From a virus, in the IMG/VR virus record IMGVR_UViG_3300025117_000050, positions 32,702 to 96,701 of that record: DNA of 64,000 nucleotides. One strand, given 5' to 3'. The number at the start of each line of letters is the position of its first letter. Position 1 is the first letter of the stretch. The notes under the pieces were generated by a model. It saw nothing but the letters and a program-made list of their open reading frames with translations. It was not told the origin of the DNA and ran no database searches. This document shows positions 1-10,631 of this stretch, piece by piece. Both the position numbers and the translations under genes were made by a program.

Positions 1-125
1 CTAAAATGGCAGTAAAAGATAGTGAAAAACAGCTTAGTGGACTAGGGTTTTCTTCAACTAAAAGAAATGAATTATTAGTGAAAGTTAAATCTCAGACAGA
101 GAGAATGTTAAAAATTAAATTTTAA
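1..125 (+). CDS. 3' end of a conserved phage hypothetical protein (truncated by window start)
   Basis: Open frame from nt 3: [40 protein letters not shown], stop TAA at 123-125. Confidence 0.7.
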   Translation, partial: KMAVKDSEKQLSGLGFSSTKRNELLVKVKSQTERMLKIKF

Positions 126-161
126 ATAAAATATAAAAATAAAAAGGAGAAGTGATTTATT

Positions 162-554
162 ATGACAATGCAAAACGTAAATATGTTTGAGGTAGCAACT
201 AGAAATCAGTTTAGGTTTGCTTTTAAGGGTATGCTTAATGTTGAGGATTTGTGGCAATTATCACCTAGAGATTTAGATGCTATCTTCAAATCTCTTAATT
301 CTGAATTAAAGAAAGTAAAAGAAGAAAGCCTACTTGAAATAAAATCAGCAGAAGATCAGATTCTTGATGTAAAGATTAATATTGTAAAACATATTTTTAA
401 TGTTAAACAAGAAGAAGAGAACCAAAGATTGAAAGCAAAAGAAAATAAAGAGAAGAAGCAGAAATTGATGGAAATTTTAGCGAATAAGGAAGATCAAGAT
501 TTACTAGATAAATCAGCAGAAGACATTCAAAAAATGATTGATGAATTGAATTAA
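162..554 (+). CDS. Conserved phage hypothetical protein, coiled-coil
   Basis: 130-aa ORF, AAAGGAG RBS, followed by a hairpin. Confidence 0.75.
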   Translation: MTMQNVNMFEVATRNQFRFAFKGMLNVEDLWQLSPRDLDAIFKSLNSELKKVKEESLLEIKSAEDQILDVKINIVKHIFNVKQEEENQRLKAKENKEKKQKLMEILANKEDQDLLDKSAEDIQKMIDELN

Positions 555-562
555 GTTTTAAA

Positions 563-596
563 TTTAGGGAGTGATTGTTTTAATTGCTCCCTAAAA
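563..596 (+). terminator. Intrinsic terminator-like hairpin
   Basis: TTTAGGGAGTGATT ... AATTGCTCCCTAAA inverted repeat right after the stop. Confidence 0.65.
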
Positions 597-647
597 ATAC
601 ATAAATAAATTATAAATAAAATACACAATAAAAGGAGAATTAACTAT

Positions 648-3579
648 ATGAATTTAACAAAAGAAGATAAATTATTAATATTAAAGGCATTTGAAGTCAA
701 AGACTATGAATGTGGTTTAGAAGAAAGAGAAAAGAAAATAATGTTGGATATTGCTAAAGAATTAAATATAAAAAGATGCGGATACAATGAAGATACACAG
801 TACGTAGAATGTCCTGTTGAAGATTTTGATTGTGAAAAATGCAAATATTATGTGGAATATTTTATATCTACAGATAGAGAAATATAAATAATGAGATGAA
901 TTTATTATGAAAACTAATATTATGAAAGTTAATTATATGCATACTGATAAATCTCCTGACTGATATATTTGGAATGCATTTTGTGATGAGTGTGGTAAAC
1001 AATTTAGAAATCATAAAATTTATAGTAGCAGTAAACCAGACAAAAGTGAAAAGGATTATTGTTTAGATTGTATGAGGGAAATGATTGATAATAAAATTAA
1101 TAATAAAGGAGCAGAAAATACATATGAAAAATATTGATAAAATAAGATTGAAACTACAAGAAGATTTAGATGATAAAATTAAACATATATTAGAAAATGA
1201 ATGTCCGTTTCATTATGATTTAAAAGGTTTTGAAGATGATAATGATGAAAGATGTTATGAAAATAATAAAGATAAAGAAAGTTGTAAAAAATGTTGGGAT
1301 TTAGAAGACATAGAAGAATAAAAAAATGTAAGTCGTTAGCAAACAAATCTTTGCTCGTGATTCCAGTAGTAAATATTAGGAGAAATATATGCAGACTAAA
1401 AAACTCAATTCATTAATTAAAAGATTAGATTACAAAAATTTAAGTAAGAAAAAGAAAAGAAAATGTTTGCAAGAGATTAATATAATAGAACAAAAAGAAT
1501 CTAACAAAGAAAGAAAATTAAAAATGGAAAATAAAAATCTATGGGACATTGAAGATATTATAAAACAATTAGCATTAGATGAATATGATAAAATAGGTTT
1601 ATTTGAAACAAGTAAATATCTAAAAATATCTCAAGATAAAGTATTAGAATGTTTTATTTATTTATCAGAAAGAGATTATCCTAAACTTAATATTAAAATT
1701 TTAATTACTTGTCCAATACATAGAGAAGTATTATATTCTTATGATTTAAACAAAGGATTAAATCAAATACAGCCTCAATACTATTGTCATTATTGCGAAG
1801 ATATTATAGATGTAAATGCTGAATATGTATATCTACAATTTTTAATTGATAAAAATTATTTAAAATTTGCTAAAGAATGTAGAAGAAAAAGGAAATTAGA
1901 AAAGGCAAAAGAGTTAGCAAAATATATTAATCGGAAAACTGAAGAAGCAGGATTAACTTATGAAGAGATTCAAGAAGATGTGTATAGAGCATGGTTAGAG
2001 ATTAGAAAAGAAAAAGAAGAAAATAAATAATTAATAGGAGGATGAAATTATATGAAAAAGTTTTATTTAGATGATGGTTGTTTCTATTGTAATAAAGAAG
2101 TTGATAGTACACTACATGAAACACATACCGAAGTAAGAACTTTAACAAAGTATGATGTAGAATTTGGGAGAATACAAAAACCTAGTATTATAAATAGACT
2201 TAAGGATAATTATCTTTATTTAGTTTGTTCTTGTGGAGAAATTGAGGACATTTCAGGTGAATTTATGATTAAAGATGATCATATTATGAAAAGAAAAAGA
2301 AGGTGAATAATTTATGAAATCTATTACATTTATTAGTGCAGTATTTGACTATGATAATAAACATAATATGGAATGTTTAGGCATATTAGATGAAAATAAT
2401 GATGAAATTATAGGAACAATTTATTTTGATAATAATTTTGGAAATGAAGAATTTCTTAAAAATTATGCAATTGTTAAAATAGAAAGAAAAGATAAAGGAG
2501 AGAAATAAATTGATTTCTATTGATAAAACAAGGCAACTCAAAGAATTAGGATTAGTATGGAATCCTCAATGTGGTGATTGGTATAAAATAGATTATTGGC
2601 CTACACCTATTTTATTAACTATAGATATATCAAGATTAGATGATAAAGAAATTGAATGTGTAATAGAAAATGTTAAGAATAATACTTGGTTGCCTAGATT
2701 AGATCAAATGTTAGATGAAATTAAAAAATATAATTGGACTTATGCATTATATAGTGAAAATAAAATAGAAATTGAAATTGAAACACGTATCGAGTATGTA
2801 TCAATAATTGATAGGCATAGAAATTTTAAAGGCAATATAATAGAGAATGTAATTGCAGATGCTTTGATTTATATATTAGGAAAAGAGAAGGAGAAAATAT
2901 GATTATACGTGAATTAGACGAACAAGAATGTATTAATGATTTTGGATATAAATATATTATGCTAGATGAATTAATTAAAGATAATATTTTATATATGTAT
3001 GATTTAATTGATAAATGTGATGAGTGTGGTCTTTGTTGGATGAATGAAGAAGAAATTGATTGGTATATAGAAAAGACAAGAAAATTTTAAATTATAACTA
3101 AAGTTTAGTTTGGTGATAATATTAAGGAGATTTTTATTATGAGAGACAAAATAAGATTTCATTTTAGTTCAGGTTGTTATTTTGATAATTTTATGAAAGA
3201 TTTTATAGAAAAAATAAAAAATAGTATTAATAAAAAAGATATATTATTTGAGTATAAAAATATTTTAGTATATAAATCAAGCAATACAGAGGTATCTATT
3301 TCTAATACAGGTTTTGATGTATATTTTTTGGAAATTGAAGAAATAAATATTCAAGAAAATACTAATATATTACTGCAAGAACATAAAAAATTAAAAGACT
3401 TATATGAACATTATCCAAAAATATATGAATTTACAATATTCACAAATCAAAATTATTGTGACAAGATAAGAAAACAATTAATAAAATTAAAAGCTGATTT
3501 TACTGAAAATAATTTTAAATCTTTTGATGAAATGACATATACTTTTCACGTATATACTAAAATAAAATTTTTTGAGTAA
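648..3579 (+). other. Array of small hypothetical CDS (648, ~1124, 1389, 2052, 2314, 2510, 2899, 3139), several with CxxC motifs
   Basis: ORF track, GGAG RBSs, tight co-oriented packing; no recognisable function. Confidence 0.65.
907..1137 (+). pseudogene. Small zinc-finger ORF interrupted by in-frame TGA
   Basis: ...KSPD*YIWNAFCDECGKQF...YCLDCMREM; TGA at 961-963, frame stays open to 1137. Confidence 0.55.
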
Positions 3580-3592
3580 GGAGGAAAATATT

Positions 3593-4006
3593 ATGGAAAA
3601 TGAAAATGAAATTATCCAATATTTTATAGTTAATTCAGAAATTAAAATATCAGCACCTAAGTTATCAGTACAGATAGGACATGTAGCAACTATAATTACA
3701 CATGATATTATAAAAAGAATGTATCAACCAATAAGTGAAAATGAAGAATATATTAATCCTAATATATTGATTAATATTAATGATTGGTTAGAATGGTATA
3801 ACGATGGCAAAAATCAAAAGAAGATTATACTTAGAGGTAAAGAGAAACAATTATTAAAATTGATTGATCAGGGATTTTATTATATTAGAGATAATGGGTG
3901 TAATGAGTTAGAAAAAGGGACACTTACAACGGTAGGTCTGCCACCTATGAAAAGAAGCGAAGCACAAAAATATATAAAAAAATTACAATTATATAAAGGA
4001 GATTAA
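3593..4006 (+). CDS. Peptidyl-tRNA hydrolase, Pth2 type
   Basis: QYFIVNSEIKISAPKLSVQIGHVA, QKKIILRG and IRDNGCNELEKGTLTTVGLPP match the Pth2 pattern; ATG at 3593 follows AAGGAGG. Confidence 0.8.
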   Translation: MENENEIIQYFIVNSEIKISAPKLSVQIGHVATIITHDIIKRMYQPISENEEYINPNILININDWLEWYNDGKNQKKIILRGKEKQLLKLIDQGFYYIRDNGCNELEKGTLTTVGLPPMKRSEAQKYIKKLQLYKGD

Positions 4007-4208
4007 ATATATGTTAGTTGAATTCAAAGCATGTAAAGATTGCTTATGTATATCTTGTTATTGTGTATATGATTGTCCAAAAGTAAAAGGATTAGCATGT
4101 GTAGAATGTAGTGGCAATCCACCAAAATTAGCAGAAGAATGTAAATATTATGAGGAAGGTTCATAAGTATAAATTAAATATAATCAGAAGGAGAAAATAA
4201 AATATAAA

Positions 4209-6237
4209 TTGAGATATATTAAATTAAAATGTGAACAATATGATTGCAAAGCAGAATTTTTAATAGAATTAAATGATTGGTATAATAAAGAATATGAAGA
4301 AATAGTTCAAGATTTTTATATCTGTCCTATTTGTAATTCTTTAGTTCATTCAAATAAAGAAGATTGTATTATTGAAATTAAATCATTATAAAACAGAATC
4401 TATTTAAAAAAATATAAATTAGCCGAAAGGAGTAATTATATATGGATAGACTGACAAAAAGAACACCAAAAGGAATTGCATACATGGCTATCGCAGACAC
4501 ATTACCTAAAATAGAGCAAGAAATAGAAGGTTCAAAACCGATACTTGAAGAATTGTATGCAATGTTTCAAAAATTAGCAGATTATGAGGATAGAGACACT
4601 TCACAAAAACCAAGAGAGCATTATAATTGGGGTGATTTCTCAGATAAAGAAGAATATTCACATTGGTTTTGTGGTAAATGTGGTTGGGAATTGGATGAAG
4701 ATAAAAACTTCTGTAGTGAATGTGGACAAAGGATTGATTGGAGTTATACAAATAAAATTTAACAAAAAGTTCATTTGGTTTTAATTTTAAATAAAAAGGA
4801 GAGAAATAATATGGCGGATAAATCAATTTTCAAATGTCCTAAATGTGGTAAAAAATTTATTAGAGATTTGCATTATAATACAATAGTTGGTATGCAAAAT
4901 CTTATAAGTATTTCTTCTGATGGAGATGGAATTGAAGATATGTGTATGTGTTGTGGTTATATCGTTGTAAACAAAGATGTGGAGGATAAATAATAAATGA
5001 AAATGAATCCATTTAAGTTATATATGATTATGATAGGTTGTTTTATGATGGGTGTTTCCACTGGTATATCAATAGGAATAATTATCAAATAGGACTTTCA
5101 TCACGATTTTAGAAAGGAGTAAATTTTATGAATAATAATATTACTAAAGATATTAAATATCTAATTTTTAAACTTAATTGCGCAGAAGAAGACCAAAACT
5201 GGAGTTTGGTTATAGATGTAAGGGTGGAATTGGAAATGTTGATTGATAAAATTAATAAAGGAGAAGGAGAATAATAATGTTAAAAATTAAATATTATTGT
5301 GGACTAAGTTTAGATTTAAATCAAGAAAAAGAATGTGAGAGTCAAGGGATAATAGAATTGGATGACGATGATATTGAAGAGTATCATGAAGGATTTTATA
5401 GTATGGTATGTCCTTCATGTAAAAGAGAATTATATCAGTCAGAGGATCATTTTGAATTTATTGATGGAATGGAAGGAGAATAACCATGACAACTAAATTG
5501 TTATTAGAATTTACATTTGTAATATTCTTATTGCAAGTATATAAAACTAAATCATACTTCACACCATTAAAAATTAAGCAAGAAAAATTTGATAGTAATA
5601 GAGAAAATGTAGAAAAGTTTATAAATAAGAAAATATTAAATAAGATATTTATAATATTATCAATGTTATATGGCTCAATATATTTTACCTTCTACATAAT
5701 TGGAATAGAATTATTTAAAGAGACAAATTTAGTAGTATTTCCTATATTGATGATTGGATTGTTAACATATGATATTGTTAAAACTTTGTTAGAATTTAAA
5801 AGTGGTATGTTGTGGAATAGTATAATAGATAAATTAGAACATCCAATGACTACAGCATACTTGTTATATTTTGTTTATTATGTTTTGAGATAGGATTATA
5901 ATTAGAAAAAGGAGATAAAAATATGAAACGATTTAAATGCAAAGTAGAAAGAGTAAATGAATACATAATTGAGTTTGATGAAAATATATTAAATGAGGAA
6001 TGGATGGAATACTTTAGAAGTGTATTTTTTAATTATCATGAATTGGATGAACATGCTGAACATATAGCACAAATGAGAGCGAGATTTAAAAAAAGTTTTA
6101 TTGAAGGTTATGGTGTGCCGTTGATTGATGGTAAAGTATCATATTTTGCTAATGAAAAGAGTGTTAATAAAGCAATTAATATTATTATTGTAAGTGAAGA
6201 TGAAGATTATGAAGTAGATGTAGAAGAGATTATTTAA
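4209..6237 (+). other. Array of small hypothetical CDS (4209, 4442, ~4811, 5277, 5486 membrane protein, 5923), mostly zinc-ribbon proteins
   Basis: ORF track, RBSs, CxxC pairs; 5486-5893 has hydrophobic segments. Confidence 0.65.
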
Positions 6238-6250
6238 AGGAGATTAAATT

Positions 6251-6763
6251 ATGAACTTATTATTCAGTTCAGATATGCACTATTATCATAAAAATCTATC
6301 AATACACAGAGGATTTAATTCAATAGAAGAGATGAACGAGTTGATGATTGATAATCACAATGAAAAAGTTACTAAGAATGATCATATTTATATTCTAGGT
6401 GATTTTTCATTTGGTACAGTTGAACAAACATTAAAAATATTAGATAGGTTAAATGGAAATAAATATTTAATTATTGGAAATCACGATGAAAAAATGTTAA
6501 AGAGCAGAGAAGTGGTTAGTAAATTTGCATGGGTTAAAGATTATTATAAGTTAAAACATAATGGATTGAAAATTATATTATCACATTATCCATTTTATAG
6601 ATGGGATTGTAGTCATTATGAATCGTTGATGTTTTATGGGCATATTCATGATCAAAAATTAGATATTGAGATTAAGAATTCTTATAATGTAGGTGTTGAT
6701 GTTAATGATTATGAACCTGTGAGTTTGGAGGAGATATTAGGGAAGATTGATTATAAAAAATAA
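6251..6763 (+). CDS. Calcineurin-like metallophosphoesterase
   Basis: Motifs SDMH, LGDF, GNHD, SHYP, GHIH, NVGVD. Confidence 0.9.
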   Translation: MNLLFSSDMHYYHKNLSIHRGFNSIEEMNELMIDNHNEKVTKNDHIYILGDFSFGTVEQTLKILDRLNGNKYLIIGNHDEKMLKSREVVSKFAWVKDYYKLKHNGLKIILSHYPFYRWDCSHYESLMFYGHIHDQKLDIEIKNSYNVGVDVNDYEPVSLEEILGKIDYKK

Positions 6764-6895
6764 TTACAAAAATTAACATAATATTAATATAAAAAATGAT
6801 TGCATAGGACGAACTCTGGTTATAATATATATTATAAAGCACTATAGAAGTGTTACAAAAGTGTAAAATAATATATATTATAAGGAGTGATTTTA

Positions 6896-7336
6896 ATGAT
6901 TATTAAAACTCAAACTGCTAATGCTGTTAATGCTCAATGTTATAGGAAAGAGGAAGAGGTTGATTGGAGGTCGTGGTGTCCTAAACGTGGAGAGATTTAT
7001 TTGTGTCAGTTAGGAAATGAAGGTTTATTATATTCAGAAATTAAGGGTTATCGTCCAGTTTTAATAGCATCAAATGATATAGCGAACAGGCATAGCCCAG
7101 TAGTTACTATAATTCCATTAACTTCCAGTCAAATAAAAAATAACTTACCTGTTCATGTTAAAGTAGGGGTAGAAGAAGGGTTGCGAAATTTGAGTTTAAT
7201 TTGTTGCGAGCAGACTAAAACTGTGTCAAAAAATAGAATGTTTATAAACGGTAGTTTAGTTAAAATATGCAAATTAAGTAATGAATTAATGTGTAAAGTG
7301 GACAACGCATTAAAAATACAATTCGGATTAGTTTAA
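6896..7336 (+). CDS. PemK/MazF-family endoribonuclease, no adjacent antitoxin
   Basis: KRGEIYL...SEIKGYRPVLIASND..N..SPVVTIIPLTS...HV...CEQTKTVSK.R; ATG at 6896 follows AAGGAG. Confidence 0.88.
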   Translation: MIIKTQTANAVNAQCYRKEEEVDWRSWCPKRGEIYLCQLGNEGLLYSEIKGYRPVLIASNDIANRHSPVVTIIPLTSSQIKNNLPVHVKVGVEEGLRNLSLICCEQTKTVSKNRMFINGSLVKICKLSNELMCKVDNALKIQFGLV

Positions 7337-7483
7337 TTAAAATAGTGTGGTTAGAATGTTAATATAATTATACATATTAATAAAAGGATGTGATGTTATT
7401 TGATTGTGTGAAAATTTATAAAGTATTGTGTTTTTAGTTTATTGGTTTGGATTGAAATAATAAAATATTAAAGGAGGATAAAT

Positions 7484-8842
7484 TTGTTAGTTAAAAATCA
7501 AAAAGTTAAAGTTAAATGGAATGGAGCACATAGAAAATATTATGAAGAAAAAGGTTATCCATTTACTAATTATGGTGATGAATTAGAGATAGACATAAAA
7601 GATTTAGCACCAAAAAGTCAAAAATATGTTTTAGTTAGTTGTGATTATTGCGGTATACCATTTATGAGGAGGTATTGTAATTACAATACAAGAAAAGAAA
7701 AATACGGTAAAGATGATAAAGATTGTTGTGATGATTGCAGAGTACATAAAAGAGAAGAAACATGTTTAGATAAATATGGTTTTAAAAATGCTGTTCAAGT
7801 AGAAGAAATACAAAATAAAATAAAAGAAACTATTAAGGAAAAATATGGAGTAGAATATATATCTCAAGTAGAAGAAATTAAAAATAAAAAGAAACAAACT
7901 TGTTTAGATAGATATGGAGTAGAATATACCTTGCAAGTTCCAGAGATTAGAGAAATGATTATAGAAACTAATATAAATAAATATGGAGTTGAAAATCCAT
8001 TTCAAAATGAAGAAATTAAAGAAAAAATCAGACAAGTCAATATGGATAAATATGGTGTAGAATATCCAATGCAATTACCTGAAATAAGAGAAAAAAGTCA
8101 AGAAACAACTTTTAAAAATCTTGGTGTTAAATATGCTATGCAATCTTATAAAACACAAGAAAAAAATAAACAATCTATTCAAGATAAATACGGATATACA
8201 AATATTTTTCAGATACCAGAGATAAAAGAAAAAATAAAGAAAATTAATATTAAAAAATATGGAGCGGAAAATCCTTTAAATAATAAAGAAATTAGAGAAA
8301 AAGCTAATAAAACTATAAAAGATAAATATGGTGTTGATAATGTTTCACAGAATCCAGAAATACAAGCAAAAATTAGACGTTCATTTTATAAAAATGGTAC
8401 TACTCCTACTTCAATTCAACAAAGATATATTTGTTTTTTAGTAAACGGTAAATTAAATTTTCCTATTGGAAGAACAAATGCAGATATATTGATAAATAAT
8501 AATATAATTATTGAATATGATGGTGGTGGACATAATCTAAGTGTAAAAATAGGAAATATAACGCAAGATCAATTTAATAGAAAAGAAATTAAAAAATATT
8601 ATTTTTTAAAAAGTAAAGGATATAAGATTATTAGAATTGTATCTGCTAAAGATAATTTACCTAAAGAAGAGAAAAGATTAATTGATGCTATAAATATAGC
8701 AATTGATTATTTAAATCAAAATCATTCTTGGTTTGAAATAAATATTGATGATGGAAAATTAAGATGTATTTGTTATGAAAAAGATTATAATTTTGGAGAA
8801 TTAAGAAGAGGAACAAAAGAAAATTTAGCTATAAATACATAA
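7484..8842 (+). CDS. Probable free-standing homing endonuclease: Zn-binding N-terminus, KYGV repeats, Vsr/DUF559-like nuclease C-terminus
   Basis: CDYC...CCDDC; about nine ~20-aa KYG(V)E repeats; C-terminal ADIL...IIEYDGGGH...GYKIIRI. Confidence 0.7.
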   Translation: MLVKNQKVKVKWNGAHRKYYEEKGYPFTNYGDELEIDIKDLAPKSQKYVLVSCDYCGIPFMRRYCNYNTRKEKYGKDDKDCCDDCRVHKREETCLDKYGFKNAVQVEEIQNKIKETIKEKYGVEYISQVEEIKNKKKQTCLDRYGVEYTLQVPEIREMIIETNINKYGVENPFQNEEIKEKIRQVNMDKYGVEYPMQLPEIREKSQETTFKNLGVKYAMQSYKTQEKNKQSIQDKYGYTNIFQIPEIKEKIKKINIKKYGAENPLNNKEIREKANKTIKDKYGVDNVSQNPEIQAKIRRSFYKNGTTPTSIQQRYICFLVNGKLNFPIGRTNADILINNNIIIEYDGGGHNLSVKIGNITQDQFNRKEIKKYYFLKSKGYKIIRIVSAKDNLPKEEKRLIDAINIAIDYLNQNHSWFEINIDDGKLRCICYEKDYNFGELRRGTKENLAINT

Positions 8843-8881
8843 ATATTATATATTAAAAATAAAAGGAGGATTATATATTTA

Positions 8882-9475
8882 TTGATTGAATTTATTATAG
8901 GAGCATTTTTATATGCTAAATTTAAAAAAGGTTATAAGTTAAAATACATATTTAAATACCCATACATATTTGCGATAATACCACCTTTATTATGTGTTTT
9001 ACTATACATATATTTAGAATATTGTGTTTTTAATCAGCAATATTGGTTTTTCCCTTATCAACATATAATAAAGACTACAACGCTTATAAGTTATGTTCCG
9101 TTGATTTATATATATAATTTATATTATAATGATATATATGAAAATGATACATTAAAATCATTTTTAACATCTCCTGCTAGTAAAACTACATTTTGTTTAG
9201 GATTAGGCTCATTTTTAAACTATATGGCAATTATCTCTAACAATATGAAAATGCCAGTATTTCCCAGTAATTGTTATTGGACTGGTTATATTAAACCTGA
9301 ATTCATTAATGATGGTTTACATGTGCTAGGTGATGCTTATACTAAAGCAATCCCCTTATGCGATTGGATCGATTTTGGAATATATGTAGCTAGTCCAGGT
9401 GATATATTAATAAGATCATTTGCATTTTTAATTATTTATCATTCTATAAAAAATTCTAATAAAATGATAAAATAA
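8882..9475 (+). CDS. DUF5317-like integral membrane protein
   Basis: Hydrophobic; GSFLNYMAIISNNMKMPV...H...PLCDWI...SPGDILI pattern. Confidence 0.7.
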   Translation: MIEFIIGAFLYAKFKKGYKLKYIFKYPYIFAIIPPLLCVLLYIYLEYCVFNQQYWFFPYQHIIKTTTLISYVPLIYIYNLYYNDIYENDTLKSFLTSPASKTTFCLGLGSFLNYMAIISNNMKMPVFPSNCYWTGYIKPEFINDGLHVLGDAYTKAIPLCDWIDFGIYVASPGDILIRSFAFLIIYHSIKNSNKMIK

Positions 9476-9478
9476 TTG

Positions 9479-9507
9479 TTGACACATAATTAACTCTGTG
9501 GTAATAT
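9479..9507 (+). promoter_or_regulatory. sigma-A-type promoter for the sensor-agrD unit
   Basis: TTGACA-17 bp-TAATAT with TG extension. Confidence 0.6.
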
Positions 9508-9543
9508 ATAAATAGAAAAAGTTGCTAAGGAGTTGATAGAGAA

Positions 9544-10338
9544 ATGATACATGATATTACAAATGCTTTGTTAAATTTTTTACTTGTAAGTGTTTTGGAG
9601 GAGTTTGTATGGTTGTTAATAACCATAATATTATTAAAAAGATTTGATTTGCTTGATAGATATAGATGGAAAGAGAGTATGCGAGAATTTTTAATACCTA
9701 TCTTACCAACTGCACTTTATATCAATTTATCTAGATATGTTTTACATATGCCTAGAATAATAATATTATTTGGATGTATATTTATATTTTATGGTTTGAC
9801 ATTATATATAATAAAGAAAAATTCATTTATAGATGAAAAATTACCATATTTAAAAATATTAATGTTTGTATTTATAGGTATTCTTATTATAGGAATAACA
9901 GAATTGATTTATATGCCAATAATTTTATATATTATACAACAACCAGTAACAATAATGAATCAAAATATTTTAATGAATTTTGCATTTTCAATACCATCTA
10001 GAATATTTCAAATATTATTAATTCTTGCATTAATTTATAAATATAATGAAATTAAATTATTCAGCAATATAATAAAAGATAAAGTATTATTAATTATTAC
10101 AGTGTTGTTTTTAAGTATTATATTGCTAATAGTATTTATTACAACAAAAATTATTCATAGTTATTGTTTAATTTTAAACTTTTCTTTATATTCACAAATA
10201 TTAATTGGAATTAGCATAACAACAATTATAACATTAATAATATTTTTTTATCTTATTCCAATTAATTATTTAATAAATAAAATGTTTTTACTTAACAAAT
10301 CACATCAAAATATGTTTGATGATGATTATATAGATTAA
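9544..10338 (+). CDS. Multi-pass membrane protein resembling an AgrC N-terminal sensor domain, without HisKA/HATPase
   Basis: About 7 hydrophobic segments over 264 aa; directly upstream of the agrD-like ORF; ends in acidic tail NMFDDDYID. Confidence 0.55.
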   Translation: MIHDITNALLNFLLVSVLEEFVWLLITIILLKRFDLLDRYRWKESMREFLIPILPTALYINLSRYVLHMPRIIILFGCIFIFYGLTLYIIKKNSFIDEKLPYLKILMFVFIGILIIGITELIYMPIILYIIQQPVTIMNQNILMNFAFSIPSRIFQILLILALIYKYNEIKLFSNIIKDKVLLIITVLFLSIILLIVFITTKIIHSYCLILNFSLYSQILIGISITTIITLIIFFYLIPINYLINKMFLLNKSHQNMFDDDYID

Positions 10339-10359
10339 AATAGAAAGGAGGGAAATTTC

Positions 10360-10479
10360 ATGAAAAAGTTTGCAATTATTACTTCTTTAATTGGTATTAT
10401 CGGCATTATCTGTGCAAATTGTATTAATTCTGCTTGGACATTTAACCAACCGAAAGCACCATCTATGTTAGTTAAGTAA
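10360..10479 (+). CDS. agrD: AgrD-like cyclic lactone autoinducer propeptide, 39 aa (not in ORF track)
   Basis: AGAAAGGAGGG RBS, then MKKFAIITSLIGIIGIICANCINSAWTFNQPKAPSMLVK: hydrophobic leader, S-A-W-T-F core, QPKAP tail as in clostridial AgrD; agrB 1.4 kb downstream. Confidence 0.88.
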   Translation: MKKFAIITSLIGIIGIICANCINSAWTFNQPKAPSMLVK

Positions 10480-10496
10480 TTTATAACTACATAGAA

Positions 10497-10536
10497 TATT
10501 TATAGTAGAGGATGATTGTTTTCTCTACTATAAATA
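10497..10536 (+). terminator. 14-bp hairpin after agrD
   Basis: TATTTATAGTAGAG / CTCTACTATAAATA perfect inverted repeat. Confidence 0.7.
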
Positions 10537-10556
10537 CAAAAAATAAATATAAATAC

Positions 10557-10585
10557 TTGTATTCTGGAGGATAGTATGGTAAAAT
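10557..10585 (+). promoter_or_regulatory. sigma-A-type promoter for the HTH-MazF gene
   Basis: TTGTAT-17 bp-TAAAAT with TG extension. Confidence 0.5.
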
Positions 10586-10631
10586 AATAGATGTAATATA
10601 TATAAAATATTAAATTGAGGAGTGATTAATA

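Noticed and set aside
7740-8360. CRISPR array or DNA tandem repeat (recurring AAATATGG)
   Set aside because: These are degenerate 20-aa protein repeats within one ORF, not identical repeats with unique spacers.
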